This document shows positions 27,101 to 45,226 of a stretch of DNA of 64,000 nucleotides, one piece after another. Below the pieces are notes generated by a model. The model saw only the letters and a list, made by a program, of their open reading frames with translations. It ran no database searches and was not told where the DNA came from. Position numbers and translations under genes: made by a program. Every line of letters begins with the position of its first letter. Position 1 is the first letter of the stretch. This stretch comes from Octopus vulgaris (taxonomy: Eukaryota). The stretch lies in the NCBI GenBank assembly GCA_951406725.2, contig OX597843.1, positions 16,616,001 to 16,680,000 on the forward strand. Direction: 5' to 3'.

Positions 27101-30100
27101 ATACAAATATATACAAATTATATATATGTATACATATATATACAAATTATATATATGTATAGATATATATACAAATTATATATATGTATACAAATATATA
27201 CAAATTATATATATGTATACAAATATATACAAATTATATATATGTATACAAATATATACTTTATATATATGTATACAAATATATACAAATTATATATATG
27301 TATACAAATATATACAAATTATATATATGTATACAAATATATACAAATTATATATATGTATACAAATATATACTTTTTATATATGTATACAAATATATAC
27401 AAATTATATATATGTATACAAATATATACAAATTATATGTATGTATATAAATATTTACAAATTATATTTATGTATATGAATATATACAAATTATATATAT
27501 GTATATAAATATATACAAATTATATATATGTATATGAATATATACAAATATATATATGTATATAAATATATACAAATTATATATATGTATATAAATATAT
27601 ACAAATTATATATATGTATATAAATATATACAAATTATATATATGTACATAAATATATACAAATTATATATATGTATACAAATATATACAAATTATATAT
27701 ATGTATACAAATGTATACAAATTATATATATGTATACAAATATATACAAATTATATATATGTATACAAATATATAGAAATTATATATATGTATACAAATT
27801 ATATATATGTATACAAATATATACAAATTATATATATGTATACAAATATATACACATTATATATATGTATACAAATATATACAAATTATATATATGTATA
27901 CAAATATATACAAATTATATATATGTATACAAATATATACAAATTATATATATGTATATAAATATATACAAATTATATATATGTATACAAATATATACAC
28001 ATTATATATATGTATATAAATATATACAAATTATATATATGTATACAAATATATATAAATTATATATATGTATACAAATATATACAATTTTCACATATGT
28101 ATACAAATATATACAAATTATATATATGTATACAAATATATACAAATTATATATATGTATACAAATATATACAAATTATATGTATGTATATAAATATATA
28201 CAAATTATATTTATGTATACAAATTATATATATATGTATATAAATATATACAAATTATATATATGTATATAAATATATACAAATTATATATATGTATGTA
28301 AATATATACAAATTATATATATGTACATAAATGTATACAAATTATATACATGTATGCAAATATATACAAATTATATATATGTATACAAATATATACAAAT
28401 TATATATATGTATACAAATATATACAAATTATATATATGTATACAAATATATACAAATTATATATATGTATACAAATATATAATTATTATATATATGTAT
28501 ACAAATATATACAAATTATATATATGTATACAAATATATACAAATTATATATATGTATACAAATATATACAAATTATATATATGTATACAAATATATACA
28601 ATTATATATATGTATACAAATATATACAAATTATATATATGTATACAAATATATACAAATTATATATATATATACAAATATATACTTTTTATATATGTAT
28701 ACAAATATATACAAATTATATATATGTATACATATATATAAAAAGTATATATTTGTATACATATATATATAATTTGTATATATTTGTATACATATATATA
28801 ATTTGTATATATTTGTATACAAATATATACAAATTATATATATGTATACAAATATATACAAATTATATATATGTATACAAATATATACAAATTATATATA
28901 TGTATACAAATATATACAAATTATATATATGTATACAAATATATACAAATTATATATATGTATACAAATATATACAAATTATATATATGTATATAAATAT
29001 ATACAAATTATATATATGTATACAAATATATACAAATTATATATATGTATACAAATATATACAAATTATATATATGTATACAAATATATACAAATTATAT
29101 ATATGTATACAAATATATAATTTATATATATGTATACAAATATATACAAATTATATATATGTATATAAATATATACAAATTATATATATGTATATAAATA
29201 TATACAAATTATATTTGTATATAAATATATACAAATTATATATATGTATATACATACATATAATTTGTATATATTTGTATACATATATATAATTTGTATA
29301 TATTTGTATACATATATATTATTTGTATATATATGTATATAAATATATACAAATTATATATATGTATATAAATATATACAAATTATATATATGTATATAA
29401 ATATATACAAATTATATATATGTATATACAAATATATACAAATTATATATATGTATACAAATATATACAAATTATATATATGTATATAAATATATACAAA
29501 TTATATATATGTATACAAATATATACAAATTATATATATGTATACAAATATATACAAATTATATATATTATGTATACAAATATATACAAATTATATATAT
29601 GTATACAAATATATATATATATGTATACAAATATATACATATATATATATGTATACATATATATACAAATTATATATATGTATACAAATATATACAAATT
29701 ATATATATGTATACAAATATATACAAATTATATATATGTATACAAATATATAATTTTATATATATGTATACAAATATATACAAATTATATATATGTATAC
29801 AAATATATACAAATTATATATATGTATATAAATATATACAAATTATATATATGTATATAATATATATACAAATTATATATATGTATACAAATATATACAA
29901 ATTATATATATGTATACAAATATATACAAATTATATATATGTATACAAATATATACAATTATATATATGTATACAAATATATACAAATTATATATATGTA
30001 TACAAATATATACATTTTATATATATGTATACAAATATATACATTTTATATATATGTATACAAATATATACAAATTATATATATGTATACAAATATATAC

Positions 30101-33100
30101 AAATTTTATATATGTATATAAATATATACAAATTATATATATGTATACAAATATATACAAATTATATATTTATATAATATATACAAATTATATATATGTA
30201 TACAAATATATACAAATTATATATTGTATACATATATATACAAATTATATATATGTATAAATATATATAATTTGTATATATATGTATACAAATATATATA
30301 ATTTGTATATATGTATACAAATATATACAATTATATATATTGTATACATATATATACAATTATATATATGTATATAAATATATACAAATTATATATATGT
30401 ATATAAATATATACAAATTATATATATGTATATAATATATACAAATTATATATATGTATATAAACATATACAAATTATATATATGTTTATAAACATATAT
30501 ATAATTTGTATATATGTATATAATATATACAAATTATATATATGTATAAAATATATACAAATTTGTATATATGTATATAAATATATACAAATTATATATA
30601 TGTATATAATATATATAATTTATATATATGTATATAAATATATACAAATTATATATTGTATATAATATATATACAAATTATATATATGTATATAAATATA
30701 TACAAATTATATATGTATATAATATATACAAATTATATATATTTATATAAATATATACAAATTTTATATATTTGTATACATATATACAAATTATATATAT
30801 GTATATATACATATATATAATTTGTATATATATGTATACATATATATAATTGTATATATTTGTATACAAATATATACAAATTTATATATATGTATACATA
30901 TATATACAAATTGTATATATTTATATACATATATATAATTTGTATATATTTATATACATATATATAATTTGTATATATTTATATACATATATATAATTCG
31001 TATATATTTATATACATATATATAATTTGTATATATTTGTATACATATATATAATGTGTATATATTTGTATACATATATATAATTTGTATATACATATAT
31101 ATAATTTTATATATTTGTATACATATATATAATTTGTATATATTTGTATACAAATATATAATTTGTATATATATGTATACAAATATATACAAATTTGTAT
31201 ATATGTATACATATATATAAAATGTATATATATGTATACAAATATATACAAATTATATATTGTATACAAATATATATAATTTTATATATTATGTATACAT
31301 ATATATAATTTGTATATATTTGTATACATATATACAAATTATTTGTATATATATGAATATATACAAATATAATTTGTATATATTTATATACATATTATAT
31401 ATATTTGTATATATTTGTATACATATATATAATTTGTATATATTTGTATACAATATATATATATGTATATACATATATATAATTTGTATATATTTGTATA
31501 CATATATATAATTTGTATATATTTGTATACATATATACAATTTGTATATATTTGTATACATATATATAATTTGTATATATTTATATACATATATATAATT
31601 TGTATATATTTGTATACATATATATAATTTGTATATATTTGTATACATATATATAATTTGTATATATTGTATACATATATATAATTTGTATATATTGTAT
31701 ACATATATATAATTTGTATATATTTGTATACATATATATAATTTGTATATATTTGTATACATATATATAATTTGTATATATTTGTATACATATATATAAT
31801 TTATATATATTTGTATATACATATATATAATTTGTATATATTTGTATACATATATATAATTTGTATATATTTATATACATATATATAATTTGTATATATT
31901 TATATACATATATATATTTGTATATATTTATATACATATATATAATTTGTATATATTTGTATACATATATATAATTTGTATATATTTGTATACATATATA
32001 TAATTTGTATATATTTGTATACATATATATAATTTGTATATATTTGTATACATATATATAATTTGTATATATTTGTATACATATATATAATTTGTATATA
32101 TTTATATATATATATTAAAGTATATTTTGTATACATATATATAATTTGTATATATTTATATACATATATATAATTTGTATATATTTATATACATATATAT
32201 AATTTGTATATATTTATATACATATATATAATTTGTATATATTTATATACATATATATAATTTGTATATATTTATATACATATATAATTTGTATATATAT
32301 TTGTATACATATATATATAATTTGTATATATTTATATACATATATATAATTTGTATATATTTGTATACATATATATAATTTGTATATATTTATATACATA
32401 TATATAATTTGTATATATTTGTATACATATATATAATTTGTATATATTTGTATACATATATATAATTTGTATATATTTGTATACATATATATAATTTGTA
32501 TATATTTGTATACATATATATAATTTGTATATATTTGTATACATATATATAATTTGTATATATTTGTATACATATATATAATTTGTATATATTTGTATAC
32601 ATATATATAATTTGTATATATTTGTATACATATATATAATTTGTATATATTTGTATACATATATATAATTTGTATATATTTGTATACATATATATAATTT
32701 GTATATATTTGTATACATATATATAATTTGTATATATTTGTATACATATATATAATTTGTATATATTTGTATACATATATATAATTTGTATATATTTATA
32801 TACATATATATAATTTGTATATATTTGTATACATATATATAATTTGTATATATTTATATACATATATATAATTTGTATATATTTATATACATATATATAA
32901 TTTGTATATATTTATATACATATATATAATTTGTATATATTTATATACATATATATAATTTGTATATATTTGTATACATATATATAATTTGTATATATTT
33001 GTATACATATATATAATTTGTATATATTTGTATACATATATATAATTTGTATATATTTGTATACATATATATAATTTGTATATATTTGTATACATATATA

Positions 33101-36100
33101 TAATTTGTATATATTTGTATACATATATATAATTTGTATATATTTGTATACATATATATAATTTGTATATATTTATATACATATATATAATTTGTATATA
33201 TTTGTATACATATATATAATTTGTATATATCTATATATATTTATATACATATATATAATTTGTATATATTTGTATACATATATATAATTTGTATATATTT
33301 ATATACATATATATAATTTGTATATATTTATATACATATATATAATTTGTATATATATTTATATACATATATATAATTTGTATATATTATATATACATAT
33401 ATATAATTTGTATATATTTATATACATATATATAATTTGTATATATTTGTATACATATATATAATTTGTATATATTTATATACATATATATAATTTGTAT
33501 ATATTTGTATACATATATATAATTTGTATATATTTGTATACATATATATAATTTGTATATATTTATGTATATATATATAATATGTATATATTTGTATATA
33601 TAAATATATATATATTTGTATATAAATATTACAAATTATATATATATATAATATATGTATATATATATGTATACATATATATATACAAATTATATATATG
33701 TTTATACATATATATAATTTGTATATATTTATAATACATATATATAATTTGTATATATTTATATACATATATATAATTTGTATATATTTATATACATATA
33801 TAATTTGTATATATTTATATACATATATATAATTTGTATATATTTGTATACATATATATAATTTGTATATATTTATATACATATATATAATTTGTATATA
33901 TTTATATACATATATATAATTTGTATATATTTGTATACATATATATAATTTGTATATATTTGTATACATATATATAATTTGTATATATTTGTATATATAT
34001 ATATAATTTGTATATATTTTATATACATATATATAATTTGTATATATTTGTATACATATATATAATTTGTATATATTTGTATACATATATATAATTTGTA
34101 TATATTTGTATATATATATATATAATTTGTATATATTTGTATACATATATATAATTTGTATATATTTGTATACATATATATAATTTGTATATATTTGTAT
34201 ACATATATATAATTTGTATATATTTGTATACATATATATAATTTGTATATATTTGTATACATATATATAATTTGTATATATTTATATACATATATATAAT
34301 TTGTATATATTTATATACATATATATAATTTGTATATATTTATATACATATATATAATTTGTATATATTTATATACATATATATAATTTGTATATATTTA
34401 TATACATATATATAATTTGTATATATTTATATACATATATATAATTTGTATATATTTATATATATATATATAATTTGTATATATTTGTATGTATATATAT
34501 AATTTGTATATATTTATATACATATATATAATTTGTATATATTTGTATACATATATATAATTTGTATATATTTGTATACATATATATAATTTGTATATAT
34601 TTGTATACATATATATAATTTGTATATATTTGTATACATATATATATTTGTATATATTTGTATACATATATATAATTTGTATATATTTATATACATATAT
34701 ATAATTTGTATATATTTATATACATATATATAATTTGTATATATTTATATACATATATATAATTTGTATATATTTATATACATATATATAATTTGTATAT
34801 ATTTATATACATATATATAATTTGTATATATTTATATACATATATATAAATTGTATACATATATATAATGTGTATATATTTATATACATATATATAATTT
34901 GTATATATTTATATACATATATATATAATTTGTATATATTTGTATACATATAATATAATTTGTATATATTTGTATACATATATATAATTTGTATATATTT
35001 GTATACATATATATATAATTTGTATATATTTGTATATATATATATAATTTGTATATATTTGTATACATATATATAATTTGTATATATTTGTATACATATA
35101 TATAATTTGTATATATTTATATACATATATATAATTTGTATATATTTGTATACATATATATATTTGTATATATTTGTATACATATATATAATTTGTATAT
35201 ATTTGTATACATATATACAATTGTATATATTTGTATACATATATATAATTTGTATATATTTGTATACATATATATAATTTGTATATATTTATATACATAT
35301 ATATATATATATATTTGTATACATATATATAATTTGTATATATATACATATATATAATTTATATATATTTGTATACATATATATAATTTGTATATATTTG
35401 TATACATATATATAATTTGTATATATTTGTATACATATATATAATTTGTATATATTTATATACATATATATAATTTGTATATATTTATATACATATATAT
35501 AATTTGTATATATATGTATATATATAATTTGTATATATTTATATACATATATATAATTTGTATATATATATACATATATATAATTTGTATATATTTATAT
35601 ACATATATATAATTTTATATTTATATACATATATATAATTTGTATATATTTATATACATATATATAATTTGTATACGTTTATATATATATATTATTTGTA
35701 TATATTTATATACATATATATAATTATATACGTTTATATACATATATATAATTTTATATATTTATATACATATATATAATTTGTATACGTTTAGTATACA
35801 TATATATAATTTGTATACGTTTATATACATATATATATAATTTGTATACATTTATATACATATATATAATTTGTATACATTTGTATACATATATGTATAT
35901 ATTTATATACATATATATAATTTGTATATATTTATATACATATATATGATTTGTATATATTTATATACATATATATAATTTGTATATTTACATACAGGTA
36001 TATAATTTGTATATATTTAAATATGTATATAATTTGTATATATTTACATACATGTATATAATTTGGATGTATTTACATACATGTATATAATTTGTACGTA

Positions 36101-36185
36101 TTTACATACATATATATAATTTGTATATATTTTTATACATCTATATAATTTGTATATATTTGTATACATATATATATAATTTTTA
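21140..36185. repeat. 29-bp AT-rich minisatellite (~500 units, both orientations)
   Basis: Unit ATATATACAAATTATATATATGTATA(C/T)AA; forward to ~30.3 kb, reverse from ~31.4 kb. Confidence 0.97.
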
Positions 36186-36388
36186 TATCTTTATATATAT
36201 ATATATCTATATATAGAACTGAAATGCGTTTTTACCGCTTGGATCGCTTTCAATGCCACTACATCTCGTCCGATTCGCTAAAGGTTACAGGGACATGTAG
36301 AATGAAGTGACGATGCTCGTGGGCTACCTTAGAAATCCATCTTAAAAGGTGTGGTTGCTAGGGGCCATCTTCCTCACTCACGCTATAA

Positions 36389-36433
<45 letters not shown>

Positions 36434-36629
36434 GTTCTATATATAAATATGTATATATAAATGTGTGTATATATAAACGGCGTATCACCCACTCTCATTC
36501 TTTTATGTATCTGAGAATGTGTGTCTGTCTGTCTGTGTATTTCCCTATAACTTGAGAACTACTCAACCAATTTCATTCATATTTTACACATGCCTTCCTT
36601 AGGAGTGTATAGCTGGGCTCTAAGCTGCT

Positions 36630-39580
36630 GGGCTCAATGTCCGCGGCTGAGCGCTACGGCGACCTGAGCTCGCTCTGGGCGCCGTTGGGCTCAATGTCCG
36701 CGGCTACGAGACAACAGTGAGCGCTACGGCGACCAGAGCTCGCTCTGGGCGCCGTTGGGCTCAATGTCCGCGGCTACGAGACAACAGTGAGCGCTACGGC
36801 GACCAGAGCCTCGCTCTGGGCGCCGTTGGGCTCAATGTCCGCGGCTACGAGACAACAGTGAGCGCTACGGCGACCAGAGCTCGCTCTGGGCGCCGTTGGG
36901 CTCAATGTCCGCGGCTACGAGACAACAGTGAGCGCTACGGCGACCAGAGCTCGCTCTGGGCGCCGTTGGGCTCAATGTCCGCGGCTACGAGACAACAGTG
37001 AGCGCTACGGCGACCAGAGCTCGCTCTGGGCGCCGTTGGGCTCAATGTCCGCGGCTACGAGACAACAGTAGGAGCGCTACGGCGACCAGAGCTCGCTCTG
37101 GGCGCCGTTGGGCTCAATGTCCGCGGCTACGAGACAACAGTGAGCGCTACGGCGACCAGAGCTCGCTCTGGGCGCCGTTGGGCTCAATGTCCGCGGCTAC
37201 GAGACAACAGTGAGCGCTACGGCGACCAGAGCTCGCTCTGGGCGCCGTTGGGCTCAATGTCCGCGGCTACGAGACAACAGTGAGCGCTACGGCGACCAGA
37301 GCTCGCTCTGGGCGCCGTTGGGCTCAATGTCCGCGGCTACGAGACAACAGTGAGCGAGCTCGCTCTGGGCGCCGCAATGTCCGCGGCGACCAGACCAGAG
37401 CTCGCTCTGGGCGCCGTTGGGCTCAATGTCCGCGGCTACGAGACAACAGTGAGCGCTACGGCGACCAGAGCTCGCTCTGGGCGCCGCTGGGCTCAATGTC
37501 CGCGGCTACGAGACAACAGTGAGCGCTACGGCGACCAGAGCCTCGCTCTGGGCGCCGTTGGGCTCAATGTCCGCGGCTACGAGACAACAGTGAGCGCTAC
37601 GGCGACCAGAGCTCGCTCTGGGCGCCGTTGGGCTCAATGTCCGCGGCTACGAGACAACAGTGAGCGCTACGGCGACCAGAGCTCGCTCTGGGCGCCGTTG
37701 GGCTCAATGTCCGCGGCTACGAGACAACAGTGAGCGCTACGGCGACCAGAGCTCGCTCTGGGCGCCGTTGGGCCTCAATGTCCGCGGCTACGAGACAACA
37801 GTGAGCGCTACGGCGACCAGAGCTCGCTCTGGGCGCCGTTGGGCTCAATGTCCGCGGCTACGAGACAACAGTGAGCGCTACGGCGACCAGAGCTCGCTCT
37901 GGGCGCCGTTGGGCTCAATGTCCGCGGCTACGAGACAACAGTGAAAGCCGCTACGGCGACCAGAGCCTGCTCTGGGCGCCGTTGGGCTCAATGTCCGCGG
38001 CTACGAGACAACAGTGAGCGCTACGGCGACCAGAGCTCGCTCTGGGCGCCGTTGGGCTCAATGTCCGCGGCTACGAGACAACAGTGAGCGCTACGGCGAC
38101 CAGAGCTCGCTCTGGGCGCCGTTGGGCTCAATGTCCGCGGCTACGAGACAACAGGGTGAGCGCTACGGCGACCAGAGCTCGCTCTGGGCGCCGTTGGGCT
38201 CAATGTCCGCGGCTACGAGACAACAGTGAGCGCTACGGCGACCAGAGCTCGCTCTGGGCGCCGTTGGGCTCAATGTCCGCGGCTACGAGACAACAGTGAG
38301 CGCTACGGCGACCAGAGCTCGCTCTGGGCGCCGTTGGGCTCAATGTCCGCGGCTACGAGACAACAGTGAGCGCTACGGCGACCAGAGCTCGCTCTGGGCG
38401 CCGTTGGGCTCAATGTCCGCGGCTACGAGACAACAGTGAGCGCTACGGCGACCAGAGCTCGCTCTGGGCGCCGTTGGGCTCAATGTCCGCGGCTACGAGA
38501 CAACAGTGAGCGCTACGGCGACCAGAGCTCGCTCTGGGCGCCGTTGGGCTCAATGTCCGCGGCTACGAGACAACAGTGAGCGCTACGGCGACCAGAGCTC
38601 GCTCTGGGCGCCGTTGGGCTCAATGTCCGCGGCTACGAGACAACAGTGAGCGCTACGGCGACCAGAGCCTGCTCTGGGCGCCGTTGGGCTCAATGTGGGC
38701 GCCGCCTTGCGGCTCAATGTCCGCGGCTACGAGACAACAGTGAGCGCTACGGCGACCAGAGCTCGCTCTGGGCGCCGTTGGGCTCAATGTCCCGCGGCTA
38801 CGAGACAACAGTGAGCGCTACGGCGACCAGAGCTCGCTCTGGGCGCCGTTGGGCTCAATGTCCGCGGCTACGAGACAACAGTGAGCGCTACGGCGACCAG
38901 AGCTCGCTCTGGGCGCCGTTGGGCTCAATGTCCGCGGCTACGAGACAACAGTGAGCGCTACGGCGACCAGAGCTCGCTCTGGGCGCCGCTGGGCTCAATG
39001 TCCGCGGCTACGAGACAACAGTGAGCGCTACGGCGACCAGAGCTCGCTCTGGGCGCCGTTGGGCTCAATGTCCGCGGCTACGAGACAACAGTGAGCGCTA
39101 CGGCGACCAGAGCTCGCTCTGGGCGCCGTTGGGCTCAATGTCCGCGGCTACGAGACAACAGTGAGCGCTACGGCGACCAGAGCTCGCTCTGGGCGCCATT
39201 GGGCTCAATGTCCGCGGCTACGAGACAACAGTGAGCGCTACGGCGACCAGAGCTCGCTCTGGGCGCCGTTGGGCTCAATGTCCGCGGCTACGAGACAACA
39301 GTGAGCGCTACGGCGACCAGAGCTCGCTCTGGGCGCCTACGCCTGGGCGCCGCTGGGCTCAATGTCCGCGGCTACGAGACAACAGTGAGCGCTACGGCGA
39401 CCAGAGCTCGCTCTGGGCGCCATTGGGCTCAATGTCCGCGGCTACGAGACAACAGTGAGCGCGCCTATGCTCTGGGCGCCATTGGGCTCAATGTCTGGGC
39501 TGAGATTACAGCTACGGCGACCAGAGTTATGGGCGCCATTGGGCTCAATGTCCGCGGCTACGAGACAACAGTGAGCGCTA
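36630..39580. repeat. 70-bp GC-rich tandem array, right arm (reverse complement, ~42 units)
   Basis: Reverse complement of 18008-20707, with more small indels. Confidence 0.98.
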
Positions 39581-39593
39581 TTCATTTAACAGG

Positions 39594-40596
<1,003 letters not shown>

Positions 40597-40820
40597 CGAA
40601 GAGAGGAAGGAGAATTATAATTACATAGAGAACTATAGCGTGAACGCAGCTTATAAAAACCCACAATCCTTCCTCAATTGTTTGTAATTTTACATGCTCC
40701 GCATTGCAACAAGATGCGTCTTCGTCAAAGCAATTGCTCCCCCAAACCAAATTAGAGATACGTGGAACGTCAAAGCTGCTAACAAAATCAGGACAGTCAA
40801 AATTTTCGCTAAGGGCTGTT

Positions 40821-40920
40821 NNNNNNNNNNNNNNNNNNNNNNNNNNNNNNNNNNNNNNNNNNNNNNNNNNNNNNNNNNNNNNNNNNNNNNNNNNNNNNNN
40901 NNNNNNNNNNNNNNNNNNNN
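40821..40920. other. Assembly gap (100 N)
   Basis: Run of N. Confidence 1.
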
Positions 40921-41044
40921 AACCACATGTTTCCGGGTTCAGTCCCACTGCGTGGCATCTTGGGCAAGTGTCTTCTGCTATAGCCCCAGGCCGACCAAAG
41001 CCTTGTGAGTGGATTTGGTAGACGGAAACTGAATGAAGCCTGTC

Positions 41045-41079
<35 letters not shown>

Positions 41080-41313
41080 TGTGTGTGTGTGTTTGTGTGT
41101 CTGTGTTTGTCCCCCTAGCATTGCTTGACAACCGATGCTGGTGTGTTTACGTCCTCGTCACTTAGCGGTTCGGCAAAAGAGACCAATAGAATAAGTACTG
41201 GGCTTACAAAAAAGAATAAGTCCCGGGGTCGATTTGCTCGACTATAAAGGCGGTGCTCCAGCATGGCCGCAGTCAAATGACTGAAACAAGTAAAAGAGTA
41301 AGAGAGTAAAAGA
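40921..41313 (+). mobile_element. SINE family B (5' end lost in the gap)
   Basis: GGGTTCAGTCCCACTGCGTGGCATCTTGGGCAAGTGTC..., internal (TA)n(TG)n, 3' GTAAAAGA repeats; matches 48671 and 58880. Confidence 0.85.
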
Positions 41314-41662
41314 GTTGTTCATAAAATGTTTTCGACCAGGGTCGACATCTGCAAAGTGAATTTCATTCCTGCATTTACATCTGGGCTGGATGAGCATCTC
41401 TGAAGCTACAATCATCTGAGATCTTTATGAGCTTCCATTTGTGGCTTCTGTACGTCGCTTGCCTCTTGTTTAGTGAGATCTTACTTAATCACTGATCCGT
41501 GAGTGTCGTATTCAGCAACAGGAAAAGACTCTGGTGTTTCCTGGTGGATATAAAACGGTAATAAAAATATAAAAAGCTTTCTGGTTGTGTGTTTTAATTT
41601 GATTGGTAGGTGATCAGGTGACTGGCCAGTTTCCTCACACATACACACATATATATATATAC

Positions 41663-41759
<97 letters not shown>

Positions 41760-41912
41760 CATATATATATACATATGTATATATATATATACATATATAT
41801 ATACATATCATCATCATCATCATCATCATCATTTAGCGTCCGTTTTCCATGCTAGCATGGGTTGGACGGTTCTGCTGGGGTCTGTGAAGCCAGAAGGCTT
41901 CATCAGGCCCAG

Positions 41913-42027
<115 letters not shown>

Positions 42028-42369
42028 GTGTGTGTGTGTGTGTGTCTGTGTGTGTATGTATAAGTATATGTATATTCGTATACACACGCTTTAAAATGTT
42101 CTGATTTATTGTTTTAATTTCCTGTTTGTATTTCTGATGATATTGTTGTTGGGAGGGAGAGGAAAGAATTGTAATTAAAATGTGGAACAATTGGCCCTGA
42201 AACCTTACAACGTTGCAACCAGGCACACACACACACACACACACGAACAGACAGAGGCATGGATACACAGCGAGGAAAAACCTCCAACCAGCCTCACTCC
42301 ATGTCTATATAATGGGAAACAGAGTTGGTTGTCAGGAGAAACAGAAAATTTTGTGAGATGGTGACGATG

Positions 42370-43195
42370 ATAATAATAATAATTAATTCTTTTTATTGGC
42401 CACAAAGGGCTGACAAATATGATTGGAAAACATAAAGGGACAAAACAGGACAAAAGGTTACAAAGGGTTTTGTCCGTTTGTGAAAAAAATCATGTAAAAA
42501 CAGTGTAACAATGAAATAATATAACAACGAAAAACTCCCAATAGGGGGAGGCGTTACGAAAGGTTCCTGGTGGAAAAACCCATAAAAGCCAACGGGAGCC
42601 TGGTCAAAAAGGGGGGTAGAGAGCCCCTTTCTCCTTTTATAACACCTTTTTCAATTACAGGCGAAACCTGAGAATTGGTCCATTTACACTGGCCATTCTT
42701 GCACAATTCACCCACATTTCACAAAACTTGCTATCGGACAGCACTCTCCTCTCTAACCTCATCTTCCTTTTCAAGTGAAACTTGAAAAAGTTGATGAGGC
42801 CTTGACCAAAGAGGAAAGTGTCTGACTTTAGCCCTTTCAAACAGGGTCCACCATACAACCTCTTTCGCCACAGCCACTAGGCACAGGAAAACGGCCTCGC
42901 CCTCCTTATTAAAGGAGGGGCAATCTTCACTATGGATTCAGCTGATAGACGGATCCGTCCTATACATGATAGTAGCTGTTCGACATTAACCCATAGTTCA
43001 GCAATGCTCGGGCACTGGACGAGTGCGTGCAGAATGGTTTCGTCGTCCTGGCAACACCTCGGGTAGGCCCGGCAGACGGCACTTCCGTGCCGGTAGAGTT
43101 TATCTCAAACAGGCAGAGCTCCTCGGTAGCACTGCCAAGCGAGGGACTTTTGGAAATTATCCATTGGCCCCGGCCCGAAAGTTCTTCCGAACAGA
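42370..43195 (-). mobile_element. 3' fragment of an L1/Tx1-like LINE
   Basis: Minus-strand translation SLAWQCYRGALPV*DKLYRHG...PRCCQDDETILHALVQC (zf-RVT-like) and LINFFKFHLKRKMRLERR...FCEMW; AATAAA and an (ATT)n tail at the left end. Confidence 0.7.
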
Positions 43196-43555
43196 CCATA
43201 ATAATAACAATCCTTTTAACTAAAGGCACCAAATCCAGTTACAAGGCATTGGTCGGCCCAGGGCTATAGTAGAAGACACTTGCCCAAGGTTCCACGCAGT
43301 GGGACTGAACCCGGAACCATGTGGTTGGTTAGCAAGCTACTTACCACACAGCCACTCCTATTAAATGTTTGTTTTATTTCAGTAATACTTTACATTATTT
43401 TACTTAATACTTTGTCAAATTTATATCTGTATAGAGAAAGGTTGTGGTTTGAGTGGTAAGAAGTTAGCTTGGTAACCACATGGCTCAAGGTTCAAACCCA
43501 CTGTGCGACAACTTGTATATTTGGTCGACAAAAAACAGAAGGAAGCTCGTTGTAT

Positions 43556-43557
<2 letters not shown>

Positions 43558-43609
<52 letters not shown>

Positions 43610-43785
43610 CCACCATCACCATCATCATCATCATCATTACCATCATCATCATCATCATTACCATCATCATCATCATCACCACCATCATCACCATCACCAC
43701 CACCACCACCACCATCATCATCACCATCATTATCATCATCATCATCACCACCACCACCACCATCATCATCATCACCATCATCACC

Positions 43786-43858
<73 letters not shown>

Positions 43859-43865
43859 CCACCAC

Positions 43866-43896
<31 letters not shown>
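43558..43896. repeat. (CAT)n/(CAC)n microsatellite
   Basis: ~340-bp trinucleotide tract; source of the poly-H/S/D/M ORFs. Confidence 0.97.
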
Positions 43897-43897
<1 letters not shown>

Positions 43898-44208
43898 AGC
43901 CGAGTGCAATTGTAGTCATGGCAGATACTGATGACATACAACTGGCACCCTAACCGGTAGCATGTAAAAGTACCCTCTTGGTGTGGTTGGCATTTGGAAG
44001 AATACTACTAACCCTACGACCTACCCTTTTGTGTAGGTAAAGCTAGATATACGGTTGCAGTACTTTGAGAGTCTAGTAGACTGTCTGACACTAATTGATT
44101 TATCACCATTTACTAGAATACAGTCGACGACTCACAATGGATTTCATTCTAAATGGTTGAAGACTACATAAAGTATACTAGCCATCTCAATATGGCTAAC
44201 CACTAAGG

Positions 44209-44350
44209 TTAAGTAGCTTGCTTACCAACCACATGGTTCCGGTTCAGTCCCACTGCATGGCACCTTGGGCAAGTGTCTTCTACTATAGCCTCGGGCCGAC
44301 CAAAGCCTTGTGAGTGGATTTGGTAGACGGAAACTGAAAGAAGCCATTTG

Positions 44351-44383
<33 letters not shown>

Positions 44384-44609
44384 GTATGTGTGTGTATATG
44401 TTTGTGTGTCTGTGTTTGTCCCCCTAGCATTGCTTGACAACCGATGCTGGTGTGTTTATGTCCCCGTCACTTAGCGGTTCGGCAAAAGAGACCGATAGAA
44501 TAAGTACTGGGCTTACAAAAGAATAAGTCCCGGAGTCGAGTTGCTCGATTAAAAAAGGCGGTGCTCCAGCATGGCCACAGTCAAATGACTGAAACAAGTA
44601 AAAGAGTAA
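44209..44609 (+). mobile_element. SINE family B (5'-truncated)
   Basis: Homology to 48671-49075. Confidence 0.85.
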
Positions 44610-44814
44610 CGTAAAGTATACTAGCCATCGCAATATGGCTAACCACTAAGGGTGGGTGTTACTGTAGCTTTTAGCCCCAGGAGATCATCGTCTCCAGCTG
44701 GCTCCACACTTTCTGTGCCCTTATGGTATTTGCAAATACCATAAGGGGCTAAAAGCTACAGTAACACCCACCCTTAGTGGTTAGCCATATTGAGATGGCT
44801 AGTATACTTTACGT

Positions 44815-45226
44815 TACTCTTTTACTTGTTTCAGTCATTTGACTGCGGCCATGCTGGAGCACCGCCTTTTTTAATCGAGCAACTCGACCCCAGGACTTAT
44901 TCTTTTGTAAGCCCAGTACTTATTCTATCGGTCTGTTTTGCCGAACTGCTAAGTGACGGGGACATAAACACACCAGCATTGGTTGTCAAGCAATGCTAGG
45001 GGGACAAACACAGACACACAAACACACACACACATACACATATATATATAAATACATATATACAAAGGGCATCTTTCAGTTTTTTTCTACCAAATCCACT
45101 CACAAGGCTTTGGTTGGCCCGAGGCTATAGTAGAAGACACTTGGCCAAGATGCCACACAGTGGGACTGAACCCGGAACCATGTGGTTGGTAATCAAGCTA
45201 CTTACCACACAGCCACTCCTACGTCT
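44815..45226 (-). mobile_element. SINE family B (full length)
   Basis: Reverse-complement homology to 48671-49075, including the head. Confidence 0.85.

Noticed and set aside
21020-35407. Numerous Y/I/K/N-rich ORFs
   Set aside because: Translations of the 29-bp minisatellite in all frames on both strands.
43469-43941. Poly-His/Ser/Asp/Met ORFs
   Set aside because: (CAT)n/(CAC)n tract open in several frames; no coding context.
44655-44700. Hammerhead on the minus strand near the 44.7-kb palindrome
   Set aside because: CTGGAGA and CGATGA look-alikes exist, but there is no GAAA and no consistent three-stem fold.
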